The notes: generated from the letters alone by a model not told the origin. A stretch of DNA of 64,000 bases from Candidatus Poriferihabitans sp. (GCA_965220975.1 OZ244855.1:1390730-1454729), one strand, 5' to 3'; positions 1 through 13,692 are shown, counted from the first letter of the stretch. A program made the numbers and translations.

Positions 1-545
1 ACTATCCTGTATTCTGGATTGGCCTCGGTGCAATTCTCGGTTTACCACTGGTTTCCTTTTTTCTGCTGGGAAGTCCAATCACTTGGGATATGCCCGAGCT
101 GAAAGGATTTAACTTTTCTGGTGGCATGGTGGTTCGCCCCGAATTCATCGCCTTGCTGCTTGCGCTGTCCCTGTACACAGCTGCATTCATTGGCGAGATT
201 GTTCGTGCAGGAATACTTGGTGTCTATTACGGTCAAACAGAAGCTTCCTATGCACTCGGAATTAACCGCGGACGAACCCTGTCTCTGGTAGTCATCCCTC
301 AGGCGCTTCGCATCATAGTGCCACCCTTGACCTCTCAGTATCTCAATCTGATGAAAAACTCTTCACTTGCAGTTGCGATCGGATACATGGATATCGTGGC
401 CACTATAGGTGGAATATCTCTGAACCAGACTGGCCGGGAGATGGAGTGCATGATAATAGTGCTTGCCCTGTATCTCGTGATGTCGTTGATTATCTCGATG
501 TTCATGAACTGGTACAACAAGCGTATCAAACTGGTTGAAAGGTAG
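1..545 (+). CDS. aapQ: General L-amino acid ABC transporter permease (AapQ/BztB type), 5'-truncated by the window edge
   Basis: Frame open from base 3; motifs AAFIGEIVRAGI, EAA-like loop (EASYALG), PQALRIIVPPLTSQYLNLMKNSSLA; first of three linked transporter genes. Confidence 0.8.
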   Translation, partial: YPVFWIGLGAILGLPLVSFFLLGSPITWDMPELKGFNFSGGMVVRPEFIALLLALSLYTAAFIGEIVRAGILGVYYGQTEASYALGINRGRTLSLVVIPQALRIIVPPLTSQYLNLMKNSSLAVAIGYMDIVATIGGISLNQTGREMECMIIVLALYLVMSLIISMFMNWYNKRIKLVER

Positions 546-555
546 AATACGGACA

Positions 556-1665
556 ATGGAACAATCTGCATACAAACCAGGAGAACATCCTAACCTCCCA
601 CCACCTTCGAATATGGTAGGCCCCATAGCATGGGTCCGTGAAAATCTGCTTTCTTCTCCAACCAATATCGTTCTGACCATTTTGTCAATCTGGTTCCTCT
701 ATGAAATCATGCCTGCGACTCTGGAATGGGCTTTTCTGGATGCGGCATTTACCGGAGAGAGTCGAGATGAATGTCGTGCAAAAGCTGGCGGTGCATGTTG
801 GGCATTTATCGGTGAGCGATTCAATCTGTTCACTTATGGTTTTTATCCTGCTGAAGAGCGCTGGAGAATCGATGTAGCATTTGTACTGTTGTGCCTGGCA
901 TTGCTTCCCGTACTTTGGGACCGTTGTCCGTTTCGTAAACTTGGACTCTATTTTGCATGCTCTTTCCCATTTGTAGCGGGATGGCTGTTGCTTGGCGGCT
1001 TCGGACTAACACCGGTTGATACGGATGAATTCGGTGGCTTCATGCTGACGCTAGTAATTGGAGTCACGGGCATTACATTCTCATTACCGATTGGTATCCT
1101 GCTGGCTTTGGGAAGACAATCCAATTTGCCCGTCGTACGAGTATTGTCAGTCGGCTTTATTGAGTTCTTTCGCGGCGTTCCATTAATTACACTGTTGTTC
1201 GTTGCATCGACCATGCTGAATTATTTTTTGCCAACGGGAACCACATTCGATCTGCTGCTTCGGGTACTAATCATGGTCACACTATTTGCTTCGGCCTACA
1301 TGGCTGAGGTGATTCGCGGCGGATTACAGGCTCTGCCTCGTGGACAATATGAAGCAGCGGATTCAATGGGGCTCAAGTACTGGACATCCATGAGGCTGAT
1401 CATCCTGCCTCAAGCACTTAAAATATCGATCCCCGGCATTGTTAACACCTTTATTGGGCTCTACAAGGACACAACACTGGTGATTATTATCGGACTGTTG
1501 GATCCTCTCGGAGTCGGAAGATCTTCACTGGCTGATACAAAATGGACAGGTTTGTCCAATGAAATGTACCTATTTGTCGCAATCTTCTTCTTCATCTCCT
1601 GTTTTGGGATGTCTCGATATTCCCTGTATCTCGAGAAGAAACTTGCAACGGGCCACGAACGCTAA
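556..1665 (+). CDS. aapM: General L-amino acid ABC transporter permease (AapM/BztC type)
   Basis: Multiple TM segments; FIEFFRGVPLIT, AYMAEVIRGGLQALPRGQYEAA, ILPQALKISIP motifs; ATG at 556. Confidence 0.85.
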   Translation: MEQSAYKPGEHPNLPPPSNMVGPIAWVRENLLSSPTNIVLTILSIWFLYEIMPATLEWAFLDAAFTGESRDECRAKAGGACWAFIGERFNLFTYGFYPAEERWRIDVAFVLLCLALLPVLWDRCPFRKLGLYFACSFPFVAGWLLLGGFGLTPVDTDEFGGFMLTLVIGVTGITFSLPIGILLALGRQSNLPVVRVLSVGFIEFFRGVPLITLLFVASTMLNYFLPTGTTFDLLLRVLIMVTLFASAYMAEVIRGGLQALPRGQYEAADSMGLKYWTSMRLIILPQALKISIPGIVNTFIGLYKDTTLVIIIGLLDPLGVGRSSLADTKWTGLSNEMYLFVAIFFFISCFGMSRYSLYLEKKLATGHER

Positions 1666-1677
1666 AGAGATTTGGTT

Positions 1678-2454
1678 ATGAACGAAACTGCAGACAAGTC
1701 AACCGACAATACCAAACAGGAAATTGTGATTGTCATTCGCAAGATGCACAAATGGTATGGACAGTTTCACGTTCTAAAAGATATCAATCTGAATGTTGAA
1801 CGGGGAGAGAAAATCGTGATCTGTGGACCTTCCGGCTCAGGGAAGTCCACTTTGATTCGCTGCATCAATCGTCTCGAAGAACATCAGGATGGTGAAATCA
1901 TTGTTGATGGCACTGAACTCACCAACGACCTTAAAAATGTGGAGCTAGTCAGACGTGAGGTTGGCATGGTATTCCAGCACTTCAATTTATTTCCGCATCT
2001 CACGGTCCTGGACAACTGTACTCTCGCTCCAATCTGGGTTAGAAAGCAACCTCGGGAAGAAGCCGAGGCCACAGCCATGGAATATCTGGAACGGGTTAAG
2101 ATACCGGATCAGGCAAACAAGTTTCCAGGTCAACTGTCGGGAGGACAGCAGCAACGTGTCGCGATCGCACGCTCACTATGCATGAAACCGCGCGTTATGC
2201 TGTTTGATGAGCCCACCTCTGCCCTAGACCCGGAAATGATCAAGGAAGTACTCGATGTCATGGTTGAACTAGCAAATGAAGGAATGACCATGTTGTGCGT
2301 AACTCACGAGATGGGGTTTGCGAAAACTGTCGCTGATCGAGTAATTTTCATGGATGAAGGAGAAATCATTGAGCAGAACAAGCCGCAGGAATTTTTCGAT
2401 AATCCGAAACATGAACGTACCCAATTGTTTTTGAGCCAGATTCTCAATCATTGA
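1678..2454 (+). CDS. aapP: Polar amino acid ABC transporter ATP-binding subunit
   Basis: Walker A GPSGSGKS, signature LSGGQQQRV, Walker [14 protein letters not shown]. Confidence 0.9.
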   Translation: MNETADKSTDNTKQEIVIVIRKMHKWYGQFHVLKDINLNVERGEKIVICGPSGSGKSTLIRCINRLEEHQDGEIIVDGTELTNDLKNVELVRREVGMVFQHFNLFPHLTVLDNCTLAPIWVRKQPREEAEATAMEYLERVKIPDQANKFPGQLSGGQQQRVAIARSLCMKPRVMLFDEPTSALDPEMIKEVLDVMVELANEGMTMLCVTHEMGFAKTVADRVIFMDEGEIIEQNKPQEFFDNPKHERTQLFLSQILNH

Positions 2455-2741
2455 TATTTAAGAAAAACCCCGTTTCAAGTCCGAAGCGCAACACTACCTC
2501 GCGACTGATGGTACAGGTGATCCATCATCTCCCGCACTGGGTTTTGCCAAGAATCCTGACTGTTTCAGTCATGATCCCCGGGCCATAATCGGTTCGTTCA
2601 TCATTATCACCAATAACCAGTTCGTCAACCTCGCTCTGCTACACCTGTTCCATTTGATAATCAGGGATTTAGAATTGCTGTTTACAAATACCCAGAAATG
2701 TTTTACAATCCGTGGGGTCTACAAACTATGGAGTACTAAAA

Positions 2742-3353
2742 ATGAAACCATTCAATCGAATAGCTGTTATCATTGCATTTCTCTATGCAATGCTGGTTCC
2801 GATGTCCGCATCTGCCTTCTGGACATCGTACAATCCTACGGTCAAACATTATTTGGAGGAAGGCGCCAAAAACTGTCGCTTGCCCATTCAGCTCGTCAAC
2901 CCCATAGTAACTGCGTCCCAGTCGGTGAAAGAGGGCGGAACTGTCACATTTACAATCAAGAAACCCCGTCAGACCTATAGCGCTGTTCGCTACCGGTACA
3001 ACACCAAAAATGGCACTGCAGGTGCGCAGGACTATGAAACAAAACACGGCATGCTGACTTTCAATCCGTTTGAGACATCCAAGACTGTCCAAGTAAGAAC
3101 CTTGAGAGATCATCTTCGAGAAGAAAGCGAGGTATTTTCACTATTGTTGCATTCCCCGCAGGTGAACTGGACGCCAGATTGGGATGATGCCTGGAAAAAT
3201 CCCTATCAGCCCTGTCCCAGCAAGTGGTATGAAGCGTTCGACCGTCTGCCGCGCACCCGGGTCATCAACGCAACGATCATTGATTACAGTGGCACGAGTT
3301 ACGAGAGCCAGAAATACGGTACCGGCTACACGGGTCGGGTTGGGGGCGAATAA
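2742..3353 (+). CDS. Secreted protein with a Calx-beta-like domain
   Basis: GGAG RBS before ATG 2742; signal peptide ending ASA; SVKEGGTVTFTI..NGTA..DY...G.LTFNPFETSKTVQVRTLRD..EESEVFSLLL matches the Calx-beta consensus by eye. Confidence 0.75.
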   Translation: MKPFNRIAVIIAFLYAMLVPMSASAFWTSYNPTVKHYLEEGAKNCRLPIQLVNPIVTASQSVKEGGTVTFTIKKPRQTYSAVRYRYNTKNGTAGAQDYETKHGMLTFNPFETSKTVQVRTLRDHLREESEVFSLLLHSPQVNWTPDWDDAWKNPYQPCPSKWYEAFDRLPRTRVINATIIDYSGTSYESQKYGTGYTGRVGGE

Positions 3354-3439
3354 GGCCGAGACACACCGTACATGTAGAAAAACCATTTTTACATGAAGAC
3401 AACTCCCAAGCGGAAATTAAAGATTTCAGGTGGCGGTTC

Positions 3440-3479
3440 AGATTGGGGTTGCATATTCGTTTATATGCAACCCCAATCT
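3440..3479. repeat. Perfect 17-bp inverted repeat with 6-nt loop
   Basis: AGATTGGGGTTGCATAT-tcgttt-ATATGCAACCCCAATCT. Confidence 0.85.
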
Positions 3480-3668
3480 CAATTTCGAAGTGCAACACTG
3501 CTTTCCGATACGATAGCAGGCTTGCCAGTAAAGTTGCATTTGGAAGCATTCGCGGGATGCAAATTGAGTCCCTTGAAAGTGAGTTTCTCGGTCTTTTTTC
3601 TTTGCATGAACCACCGTGGCAGCGATGTTCAGCGTAACGTGATATCTTGCAAAAGGATTGGGGAAACA

Positions 3669-4004
3669 ATGAACCATCAATATTCATTCGTAGCGTTATT
3701 GTCGCTTGCAGTTTTGAGCATTGTTCTTTCTGGTTGTGGAAGTGGCGGTGGGCATAACGCATATTCGAACCAAGCCCCTGAATTTTTGTCTTGCGAACAC
3801 TCCCGCGCAGAAGCGCGCCGAGCGGAGAGAAAAGCTGACCGAGCAGAAAGCAGAGCCGACAGGCCGGTAAATTCAGGGCACTCTCAGAACGTAGGTCAAG
3901 CGATGGCAAATTTTGGAGCAGCTTTGCAAAATCTGGGTAAGCGTCGGGAACAAGAAGCAAAGATGCGCCGAGCTTACGAATACTTGGTAAGCAACGAATG
4001 CTAG
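3669..4004 (+). CDS. Small predicted lipoprotein, unknown function
   Basis: Hydrophobic N-terminus ending in lipobox LSGC; charged helical segment; two further Cys. Confidence 0.65.
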   Translation: MNHQYSFVALLSLAVLSIVLSGCGSGGGHNAYSNQAPEFLSCEHSRAEARRAERKADRAESRADRPVNSGHSQNVGQAMANFGAALQNLGKRREQEAKMRRAYEYLVSNEC

Positions 4005-4085
4005 GGACCGGCGCAAAACGCCGCACCGGTCTCGTTCAGAGATACTTCGCAACCGAAAGTTGTATTGTATATCTTCAAAATCTAT

Positions 4086-4172
4086 GCCGGGGTGGCGAAA
4101 TTGGTAGACGCGCCAGACTCAAAATCTGGTTGGGGAAACTCAGTGTCGGTTCGAATCCGACCCTCGGTACCA
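4086..4172 (+). tRNA. tRNA-Leu(CAA)
   Basis: 87-nt class II cloverleaf; anticodon arm CCAGA-CTCAAAA-TCTGG; T-loop GGTTCGAATCC; encoded CCA. Confidence 0.95.
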
Positions 4173-4182
4173 CATTCTTCGA

Positions 4183-5532
4183 TTATTCAGATGTGGCCTG
4201 ATGAATCGCATTTACCAGGTTATTCGTCAGGCTTTCCAGTTGCTTTGGATTCTCTCCTTCCATCATGATCCGAAATAATGGCTCGGTTCCTGATTCGCGC
4301 AATATTACCCGTCCAGACAGTCCCAACTTCTCCTGAGTTTCAAGGACTGCTTTTTTGACTGCTGGATGTTCCTCTATAGAACAGACCTGTCGGGCTTCAA
4401 TCGGCACATTCACGGCATGTTGAGGATACATCTTCATCGTTCTTGCAAGTTGACTTAACCGTTTTCCAGTCTCACGTATCGCGACCAAAATCTCGAGAGC
4501 CGATACAATGCCATCGCCAGTTCTCGACTTGTCAAAACAGATGATATGTCCTGAAGTCTCTCCCCCAAGATCCCAATCATTCGCAATCATTTTCTCTTGC
4601 ACAAAACGGTCACCAACCTGCGAACGATCAAAGGGAATGCCGATCTCCTGTAACGATTCTTCCAAACCCAGATTACTCAAGATGGTACCGACTACACCAG
4701 CCACGGTCTTGCCAACACGCTTTCGATGACATGCGAGAATGTAAAGAAGTTGATCACCATTCACCTCTGTTCCCAATTCATCAACCATCAGAATTCGGTC
4801 TGCATCACCATCGAAAGCGATACCCAGGTCGGCACCTTCCTTGCACACTCTTGACTGCAAGCTGCGCATGTCAATTGAGCCACATTCCTGATTGATATTG
4901 TAGCCGTCCGGATCAGCATGCATAACAGTCAAATGTGCTCCTAATTCGGAAAACACTCTGGGGGCAACATCATAAGCAGCTCCATTTGCACAATCCACCA
5001 CCACATGCATGCCTTTCAGTGAAATTTTCGAGTCAATTGTCTCCTTGCAAAAATGGATATAGCGGTCACGGGCATCATCCATTCTGGAAGCTTTTCCCAA
5101 TTGCTCTGCCTCAACACAGTCAAGAGATTCGTCCATGAGCTTTTCAATCGCAACCAGAGACTGATCATTCATCTTGTCTCCGCTGGATGAGAAGATTTTG
5201 ATGCCATTATCGCAATAGGGATTATGTGAACCGCTGATTACTATACCAGCACCGGCATTAGCTGTATGGGTTAGATGAGCAATACCCGGGGTTGGCAGTG
5301 GTCCCAATAGAACGATATCTGTACCTGCCGAGCACAAACCAGCTTCCAGCACTGATTCCAGCAAATAGCCCGATAACCGTGTGTCTTTGCCAATCAGCAC
5401 ATGGCCCAATTGACCAGTATTTCTCAGGTATTTTCCAACCGCCCAACCGAGTTTGAGTACCGTATATGGAGTGATTGGCTCGATTCCTACCCGTCCCCGA
5501 ACACCATCGGTCCCAAATAATGAGAGAGCCAT
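4183..5532 (-). CDS. glmM: Phosphoglucosamine mutase
   Basis: FGTDGVRG N-terminus, ISGSHNP active-site loop, FDGDADR metal motif, GGETSGH. Confidence 0.95.
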   Translation of the reverse strand: MALSLFGTDGVRGRVGIEPITPYTVLKLGWAVGKYLRNTGQLGHVLIGKDTRLSGYLLESVLEAGLCSAGTDIVLLGPLPTPGIAHLTHTANAGAGIVISGSHNPYCDNGIKIFSSSGDKMNDQSLVAIEKLMDESLDCVEAEQLGKASRMDDARDRYIHFCKETIDSKISLKGMHVVVDCANGAAYDVAPRVFSELGAHLTVMHADPDGYNINQECGSIDMRSLQSRVCKEGADLGIAFDGDADRILMVDELGTEVNGDQLLYILACHRKRVGKTVAGVVGTILSNLGLEESLQEIGIPFDRSQVGDRFVQEKMIANDWDLGGETSGHIICFDKSRTGDGIVSALEILVAIRETGKRLSQLARTMKMYPQHAVNVPIEARQVCSIEEHPAVKKAVLETQEKLGLSGRVILRESGTEPLFRIMMEGENPKQLESLTNNLVNAIHQATSE

Positions 5533-5567
5533 TCCCTCTTCACCGTACAGTTACTTTCTCGCTGTTT

Positions 5568-7490
<1,923 letters not shown>

Positions 7491-7585
7491 AAGATCTTTT
7501 CCTCAGATATCAACTTGACAATTAACATGCGTTAAATTATAAGCCAGAAGCTGGCTACAACCTGAAATTATCATTTCATTCATGA

Positions 7586-8215
7586 TTAAATTATATAACC
7601 CTTCCCCAACAGGTAAATCTCTCTGGATTCTGATCGGGATGCCCGGGGTTTGACTACAAATATCTGGTTAAATTTCTCGCAGTACATTTTTCTTATACTT
7701 GAAGATGAACTGCCTTCAAAATATTTGACCAGCACGACCCCTCCGGCTCTTAGAATCTCGGAACAGAATTCCAGAATAGAAATTTGGATACTCTCGATGT
7801 TGGCCTGATCAATCGTTGCAATACCTGATATATTGGGGGACATATCGGATAAAACAAGATCTAACGATTGTCCTTCAAAACAATCAATGATTTTCTCTTG
7901 AATGGACGGCTCGGTAAAGTCCCCCTGAATGAATTTCCCCCCTTCAATCGGGCACATTTCAAGAAGATCTACGCCAACAATTCGACCTTGCTTCGACAAG
8001 ATTGACGAAACATACTGAGTCCAGCCTCCAGGCGAGGCACCTAAGTCTACGATTTGGTAAGAGGGTTTGATCAACTGGTGTTTTTCATTGATCTCCTTCA
8101 ACTTGTAAGCTGAGCGGGCACGAAAACCCTGAGCTCTTGCTTCACGCACATACCGATCTCGATTCTGATTTCTTGCCCAGGTTCGAGATTTCGATTTGGT
8201 TCGATTACGCGGCAA
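7586..8215 (-). CDS. rlmE: 23S rRNA Um2552 methyltransferase
   Basis: RARSAYKL, VDLGASPGGW, VLSDMSPN motifs; canonical position upstream of ftsH. Confidence 0.93.
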   Translation of the reverse strand: MPRNRTKSKSRTWARNQNRDRYVREARAQGFRARSAYKLKEINEKHQLIKPSYQIVDLGASPGGWTQYVSSILSKQGRIVGVDLLEMCPIEGGKFIQGDFTEPSIQEKIIDCFEGQSLDLVLSDMSPNISGIATIDQANIESIQISILEFCSEILRAGGVVLVKYFEGSSSSSIRKMYCEKFNQIFVVKPRASRSESREIYLLGKGYII

Positions 8216-8377
8216 AATACACCCGAATACTTACCCGGATTCAATTCCGAATTGCAACACTACCTCCCGATTGCGAACCTAGTTTCGCTACTGATGTGTA
8301 TTCATTCTCAAAGGACCGACAGATGGTTAACAAGTGATGGGCACTAATTGATGCTCATCCAGCTTCATTTTGGACAG

Positions 8378-8770
8378 CTACTTGTCTTCATCGTCGAAAG
8401 GATCATCATGATAATCACGATCAACCAGCTGGACAATCGCCATCGGCGCACAGTCTCCACGCCGATAACCACACTTGAGAATGCGAAGATAACCACCTGG
8501 CCGATTCAAGAAATGCGGGCCAAGAATTTCGAACAGCTTAGTTACAGTCCGCCGATTGCGTAACTTTGAAAAAACAATTCTGCGATTTGCTAAAGAAGGT
8601 TTCTTGGACAAGGTAATCAACGGCTCTGCAAATCGCCGCAACTCTTTGGCTTTTGGCAAGGTTGTTCGAATCTGTTCATGCAAGAACAGGGAATTGGCCA
8701 TATTGGAGAACATGGCCTTATGATGCGCTGATGTCCTGTTGAGTGAACGTCCTGATTTTCTATGTCGCAT
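8378..8770 (-). CDS. rplQ: 50S ribosomal protein bL17
   Basis: [28 protein letters not shown]. Confidence 0.97.
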   Translation of the reverse strand: MRHRKSGRSLNRTSAHHKAMFSNMANSLFLHEQIRTTLPKAKELRRFAEPLITLSKKPSLANRRIVFSKLRNRRTVTKLFEILGPHFLNRPGGYLRILKCGYRRGDCAPMAIVQLVDRDYHDDPFDDEDK

Positions 8771-8772
8771 AA

Positions 8773-9792
8773 TTACTTCAAACCCATGCGTGTTCCGTCA
8801 TCACTAGTCACCAGAGACGGCGGCGGCCAGTTTTCTAGTTTCACCCCAAGCTCAAGGTTTCTTTGTGCCAGAACATCCTTGATCTCGGTTAGCGATTTCT
8901 TGCCCAGATTCGGAGTTTTCAGCAACTCATTCTCAGTGTGCTGTACAAGATCGCCAATGTAGTAGATATTTTCTGCTTTGAGACAGTTTGCAGAACGTAC
9001 CGTCAATTCAAGATCATCAACAGGCTTCAATAAAGCCGGCTCTATTTCCGGTTTTTCCTCAATCTGATTCAGAATAATCGATTCCTCCAAGTTGACAAAA
9101 ACGGAGATTTGATCATGCAAAATTGTTGCAGCTCGACGCAAAGCGATCTCGGGATCAATCGTTCCATTGGTCTCAATGTCGATCACCAGCCGATCCAAAT
9201 CCGTGGATTGCTCAACCCTGGCATTTTCCACTGAATATGCAATCTTGTTAATTGGGCTGAACGATGCATCCAGCGGGATCAAACCTACCGGATTTAACTC
9301 ATCCGTTCCCCGTTCGCGGCTCTCTGCCTTGAGATAACCCCTGCCTCTTTCGATTTGAAGATACATGTCAATGTTTGCATCTTTGGAAAGCGTAGCAATG
9401 TGATGATCAGGAAACGGCAATTCAATGTCATCGGTTAGTTCGATATCCTTGGCTGCAACCACACCTGGCCCTTTCTTGGTGAGCCTAACCTCGGCCTTGT
9501 TTCGAGTATGCATAATGATTGGCAAAGTCTTCAGATTCATCAGAATATCGATAACATCCTCTTGTACCCCTTCAATCGTTGAGTACTCGTGGAGTACGCC
9601 TTCAATATGTACTTCAGTCACGGCACAGCCGGGCATTGACGACAACATGATTCGTCGCAAGGCATTGCCCAGTGTATGGCCCAAACCTCTCTCAAGAGGC
9701 TCGATTACAACTCGCGAATTACGCTCGTCAATCTGATCTTTCTCAATTAGTCTGGGTCGAAGAAAGTCAACCGTTGGATCCTGCATTTTCAT
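8773..9792 (-). CDS. rpoA: RNA polymerase alpha subunit
   Basis: [22 protein letters not shown]; alpha[15 protein letters not shown]. Confidence 0.98.
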   Translation of the reverse strand: MKMQDPTVDFLRPRLIEKDQIDERNSRVVIEPLERGLGHTLGNALRRIMLSSMPGCAVTEVHIEGVLHEYSTIEGVQEDVIDILMNLKTLPIIMHTRNKAEVRLTKKGPGVVAAKDIELTDDIELPFPDHHIATLSKDANIDMYLQIERGRGYLKAESRERGTDELNPVGLIPLDASFSPINKIAYSVENARVEQSTDLDRLVIDIETNGTIDPEIALRRAATILHDQISVFVNLEESIILNQIEEKPEIEPALLKPVDDLELTVRSANCLKAENIYYIGDLVQHTENELLKTPNLGKKSLTEIKDVLAQRNLELGVKLENWPPPSLVTSDDGTRMGLK

Positions 9793-9848
9793 ACCTCATA
9801 ACTTATGCAATCGTGATGCATAAAAAATCAACTAAACTGGAATCAGGG

Positions 9849-10472
9849 CTATTTCGAATACAGAGCAACTACCTGAGCTTCATCGAGATCAGCATATAAC
9901 TCAACTCGCTCCGGATAGGCCCGAAATAAGCCTTTGAACTTCTCTGCATCTACATCAATCCAGGATGAGCCGTCCATTTGCTGAGATATGCCCAGAGCAT
10001 GTTGTATTCGCAACTGGCTTTTGCATTTGTCCACGACCTCAATCTCATCTCCTATACTGACCCTGTACGAGGGTATATTCACCTTACGACCATTCACCAT
10101 GATGCTTTTGTGATTAACCAATTGACGAGCTTCTGCACGAGTTAAACCAAAACCCATCCGAAACACAACATTATCCAAACGACGTTCAAGCAAGAGCAAC
10201 AGGTTAAACCCCGTTGAACCAGGAATTCTTGCTGCTTCCTTGTAATAATTCCTGAATTGTTTCTCAAGTACGCCATACATTCTGCGCATTTTCTGCTTCT
10301 CACGAAGCTGGATCCCGTATACACTGGACTTGGGACGACGACCAGCAATTTTTGCGCCGGGAATACGATCGAATTTACACTTGTCCGCGATCGTTCGCTC
10401 GGGCCCTTTCAGGAGCAGGTCAACACCTTCCCTTCGCGATAATTTGCAGGTCGGGCCTGTATATCTTGCCAT
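9849..10472 (-). CDS. rpsD: 30S ribosomal protein uS4
   Basis: [16 protein letters not shown] start at 10472 (longer ORF in the track overlaps rpsK). Confidence 0.97.
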   Translation of the reverse strand: MARYTGPTCKLSRREGVDLLLKGPERTIADKCKFDRIPGAKIAGRRPKSSVYGIQLREKQKMRRMYGVLEKQFRNYYKEAARIPGSTGFNLLLLLERRLDNVVFRMGFGLTRAEARQLVNHKSIMVNGRKVNIPSYRVSIGDEIEVVDKCKSQLRIQHALGISQQMDGSSWIDVDAEKFKGLFRAYPERVELYADLDEAQVVALYSK

Positions 10473-10506
10473 TGGCTTCTCCAGAACTTCAGATAGATTT
10501 AAACCA

Positions 10507-10902
10507 TTAGACTCGGCGCCTTTTGGGCGGCCGACAACCATTGTGCGGTATAGGCGTGATGTCAGAGATGGAATAAATCTCAAGTCCCAATGCATTCAGT
10601 GCACGAACCGCAGAATCCCGACCAGGACCAGGACCTTTGACTTTGACTTCAAGTTGCTTAACACCTATTTCCTGAGCTTTCTTGCCGCAAATACCGGCAG
10701 CAGTTTGCGCAGCGTAAGGAGTACTCTTTCTTGAACCCTTGAACCCGGAATTGCCTGCTGAAGCCCAGCACAGAGTATCACCATGCCGATCTGTGATGGT
10801 AATAATGGTATTGTTGAAAGTTGCATGAATATGGGCAATTCCTTCGCTGACATTCTTGCGAATCTTCGCTTTTGATCTGCCTGTCGGTGTATGCTTGGAC
10901 AT
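10507..10902 (-). CDS. rpsK: 30S ribosomal protein uS11
   Basis: [38 protein letters not shown]. Confidence 0.98.
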   Translation of the reverse strand: MSKHTPTGRSKAKIRKNVSEGIAHIHATFNNTIITITDRHGDTLCWASAGNSGFKGSRKSTPYAAQTAAGICGKKAQEIGVKQLEVKVKGPGPGRDSAVRALNALGLEIYSISDITPIPHNGCRPPKRRRV

Positions 10903-10938
10903 AAATTAACCTGATAGTCGATAATGCAATGAGCAGGG

Positions 10939-11295
10939 TCATTTCTTGACCGGTCTCGGGGGTCCCTTGCGAGTTCTGGCGTTGGTCTTGGTGCGCTGTC
11001 CGTTAACCGGCAACCCGCGTCGATGTCGCATCCCTCGATAACATCCCAAATCCATCAACCGCTTGATATTCATGGATGTCTCTCTACGCAAATCCCCTTC
11101 AATCTGATATTTTGCTACTTCCGATCGCAATTTCTCGGCTTGCTCTTCATTCAAATCGCGAACCTTGACGGTACGTTCCACGCCGGTAGCATCACAAATT
11201 GCCTGTGCGCGAGGACGGCCAATCCCATAAATAGCTGTCAAGCCAATTTCAATGTGCTTGTCAGAAGGTAAGTTTATACCTGCGATACGCGCCAT
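10939..11295 (-). CDS. rpsM: 30S ribosomal protein uS13
   Basis: [23 protein letters not shown]. Confidence 0.98.
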   Translation of the reverse strand: MARIAGINLPSDKHIEIGLTAIYGIGRPRAQAICDATGVERTVKVRDLNEEQAEKLRSEVAKYQIEGDLRRETSMNIKRLMDLGCYRGMRHRRGLPVNGQRTKTNARTRKGPPRPVKK

Positions 11296-11373
11296 GTTTC
11301 TTTACTCTAGACTCAATATTTAATGTGAAACAATTAGATAGAACGAAAAACTAGCCCTGTCAAAAAGCCAGCG

Positions 11374-11402
11374 ATTCTATCAGATTTGGTAATTCCAATC
11401 AA
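11374..11402 (-). promoter_or_regulatory. Sigma70-like promoter of the alpha operon
   Basis: TTGATT-17 bp-TAGAAT followed by GC-rich discriminator CGCTGGC, between rpmJ and rpsM. Confidence 0.65.
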
Positions 11403-11428
11403 GGTGCACGACCGATTGCTGAGCTATC

Positions 11429-11542
11429 TTATCCTTGTCTTTGTTTGTGACGCGGATCGCGACAAATCACGCGAACAACACCATTTCTTCGAATAATTTT
11501 GCAGTTTCGACAAATCTTCTTGACCGATGCTCGAACTTTCAT
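11429..11542 (-). CDS. rpmJ: 50S ribosomal protein bL36 (zinc-binding type); below the ORF-track cutoff
   Basis: Manual translation: [37 protein letters not shown]. Confidence 0.97.
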   Translation of the reverse strand: MKVRASVKKICRNCKIIRRNGVVRVICRDPRHKQRQG

Positions 11543-11568
11543 TTCAAACCTCCTATCTATATCTTTCT

Positions 11569-12921
11569 TTAACGCACACCCTGAGGACGTTGAAATGGTG
11601 ATTTCTTCATGATGCTTTCATATTGTCTTGACATCAGATACGACTGGACTTGAGTAATCAAGTCCATCGTGACCACAACGATAATCAACAACGATGTTCC
11701 TCCAAAATAAAACGGAACGCTATATTGAACAATCAAGAATTCCGGAATCAAACATACAAAGGTAATGTAGATAGCGCCAATCATGGTCAACCGCGACACG
11801 ACACCATCAATGTGCTTGGCGCTTTGAGCACCAGGCCGAATTCCCGGGATAAATGCCCCGGACTTTTTCAGATTGTCCGCTATGTCAACTGGATTAAACA
11901 CCAAAGCGGTATAGAAAAAACAAAAGAAAATGATCATTCCTCCATACAGGAAGGTATAGATCGGCTCCCCCGGCTGGAGCTTGGTCGCAATATCGGTCAT
12001 CCATCCCATGCTTTCAGACTGACCGAACCAGCTACCCAAACTGGCAGGAAACAAAATCAGGCTAGAGGCAAAAATCGGAGGAATAACGCCCGCCATATTC
12101 AGCTTGAATGGCAAATGTGAAGATTGTCCAGCAATCATCTTTCTTCCTTGCTGTCGCTTGGCATAGTTCACCGTAATTCGCCGTTGACCACGTTCTACGA
12201 AAACCACAAAATAAGTAACAGCCAAGGCACCAACAAACAGGATCAAAACAAATCCGCCAGACAAGGCTCCAGTTCTAGCCAATTCAAGTGTACCAGCAAC
12301 TGCTGAAGGGAGACCAGCCACGATAGAAGCAAATATGATTAGTGAAATGCCATTACCCAGACCACGTTCACTAACCTGCTCACCCAACCATACCAGGAAC
12401 ATGGTACCTGCACACAATGTTGCCGCCGCAACAATCTTGAAACCGAGTCCGGGAATCAGAATAACCGGTGAACCGGCTACTTGCTGACTTTCTATTGCTA
12501 CAGAAATTCCAATACCCTGGAACAAGGCCAGTACTACAGTAAAGTAACGGGTGTATTGTGTAATTTTTCTTCGCCCAGCTTCACCCTCCTTGTTCAATTG
12601 CTCCAGAGATGGAATTACCGCCTTCATCATCTGCATGATGATGGATGCAGAAATATAAGGCATCACCCCCAATGCAAATATCGAAAGGCGACTCAGCGCT
12701 CCTCCCGAGAACATATTGAATATATCGATAATTGATCCACGCGTCTGCTCAAACAAAGCAGCTACTGCAGCGGGATCAACTCCAGGCACGGGCACATGAG
12801 TGCCCAGTCGAAACACCACTAGTGCTCCGAGCATAAACAGGATTCGTTGCTTTAAATCTGACAGACTTCCGAACATTCCCGAACTCGGAACACCTCTTTT
12901 TTCTGCCTTTGACTTCGCCAT
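11569..12921 (-). CDS. secY: Preprotein translocase SecY
   Basis: [39 protein letters not shown]. Confidence 0.98.
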   Translation of the reverse strand: MAKSKAEKRGVPSSGMFGSLSDLKQRILFMLGALVVFRLGTHVPVPGVDPAAVAALFEQTRGSIIDIFNMFSGGALSRLSIFALGVMPYISASIIMQMMKAVIPSLEQLNKEGEAGRRKITQYTRYFTVVLALFQGIGISVAIESQQVAGSPVILIPGLGFKIVAAATLCAGTMFLVWLGEQVSERGLGNGISLIIFASIVAGLPSAVAGTLELARTGALSGGFVLILFVGALAVTYFVVFVERGQRRITVNYAKRQQGRKMIAGQSSHLPFKLNMAGVIPPIFASSLILFPASLGSWFGQSESMGWMTDIATKLQPGEPIYTFLYGGMIIFFCFFYTALVFNPVDIADNLKKSGAFIPGIRPGAQSAKHIDGVVSRLTMIGAIYITFVCLIPEFLIVQYSVPFYFGGTSLLIIVVVTMDLITQVQSYLMSRQYESIMKKSPFQRPQGVR

Positions 12922-12933
12922 CGTTACTTGATC

Positions 12934-13389
12934 CTAGTTCTTGCCGGATATTTCAACTTTACCACCAGCTTCGATAATCGCAGCTTCGGCACCTTTGGTC
13001 AGTAAAACGCCATCCACGGCAACAGACCTGTCAATTTGACCGCTTAAAATGATCTTGGCACTGGTAATCGCGCGACCAACTACTTTCGCTTTCTTCAGTG
13101 ATTCAAGATTGACCAAATCTCCTTCAATCCTGTTCAATTCACCCAAACGGACTTGAGCATGGTGAATATTGGTCCGCGAGCGAAAACCGCGCTTTGGCAG
13201 GCGACGCTGAAGCGGCATTTGTCCGCCCTCAAATCCAATTTTATGAAATCCGCCTGATCTTGATTTCTGACCCTTGTGTCCACGACCGGCCGTCTTGCCG
13301 GTACCGGAACCAGGGCCAAGACCCACTCGCTTACGGACTTTCCGTGCGCCTGGGGCCGATTGAATTTGATTAAGTTTCAAGATTGTCAT
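12934..13389 (-). CDS. rplO: 50S ribosomal protein uL15
   Basis: [34 protein letters not shown]; AAGGA RBS favours ATG at 13389. Confidence 0.95.
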   Translation of the reverse strand: MTILKLNQIQSAPGARKVRKRVGLGPGSGTGKTAGRGHKGQKSRSGGFHKIGFEGGQMPLQRRLPKRGFRSRTNIHHAQVRLGELNRIEGDLVNLESLKKAKVVGRAITSAKIILSGQIDRSVAVDGVLLTKGAEAAIIEAGGKVEISGKN

Positions 13390-13459
13390 GTGGATAAATC
13401 CTTGCCTAATATCTGTACGCATAAATCATCGGCAATACGGTTCATGGTTTACGCTAGAT

Positions 13460-13654
13460 TTACTCTGTTTCACAACGTAACATGTAACCAATTTTATTGA
13501 TCATGCCCCGGTTCTCTGGTGTATCCAATACTTCAACAGTCTGATGCATCCGACGCAGGCCCAATCCACGGGCACATGCCTGATGTCTCTTAATCCGCCC
13601 ATGCATACTCCGGATCAAGGTAACTTTGAGAATTTTCTGTTCATTGACAGCCAT
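13460..13654 (-). CDS. rpmD: 50S ribosomal protein uL30
   Basis: [31 protein letters not shown]. Confidence 0.95.
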   Translation of the reverse strand: MAVNEQKILKVTLIRSMHGRIKRHQACARGLGLRRMHQTVEVLDTPENRGMINKIGYMLRCETE

Positions 13655-13692
13655 TGGTTACATGCTCTCTTCCAATTCAAAATAATCGATCA

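Noticed and set aside
3277-4026. 249-aa minus-strand ORF and the 3393 start of the plus ORF
   Set aside because: No motifs; overlaps the lipoprotein, whose signal peptide fixes the start at 3669.
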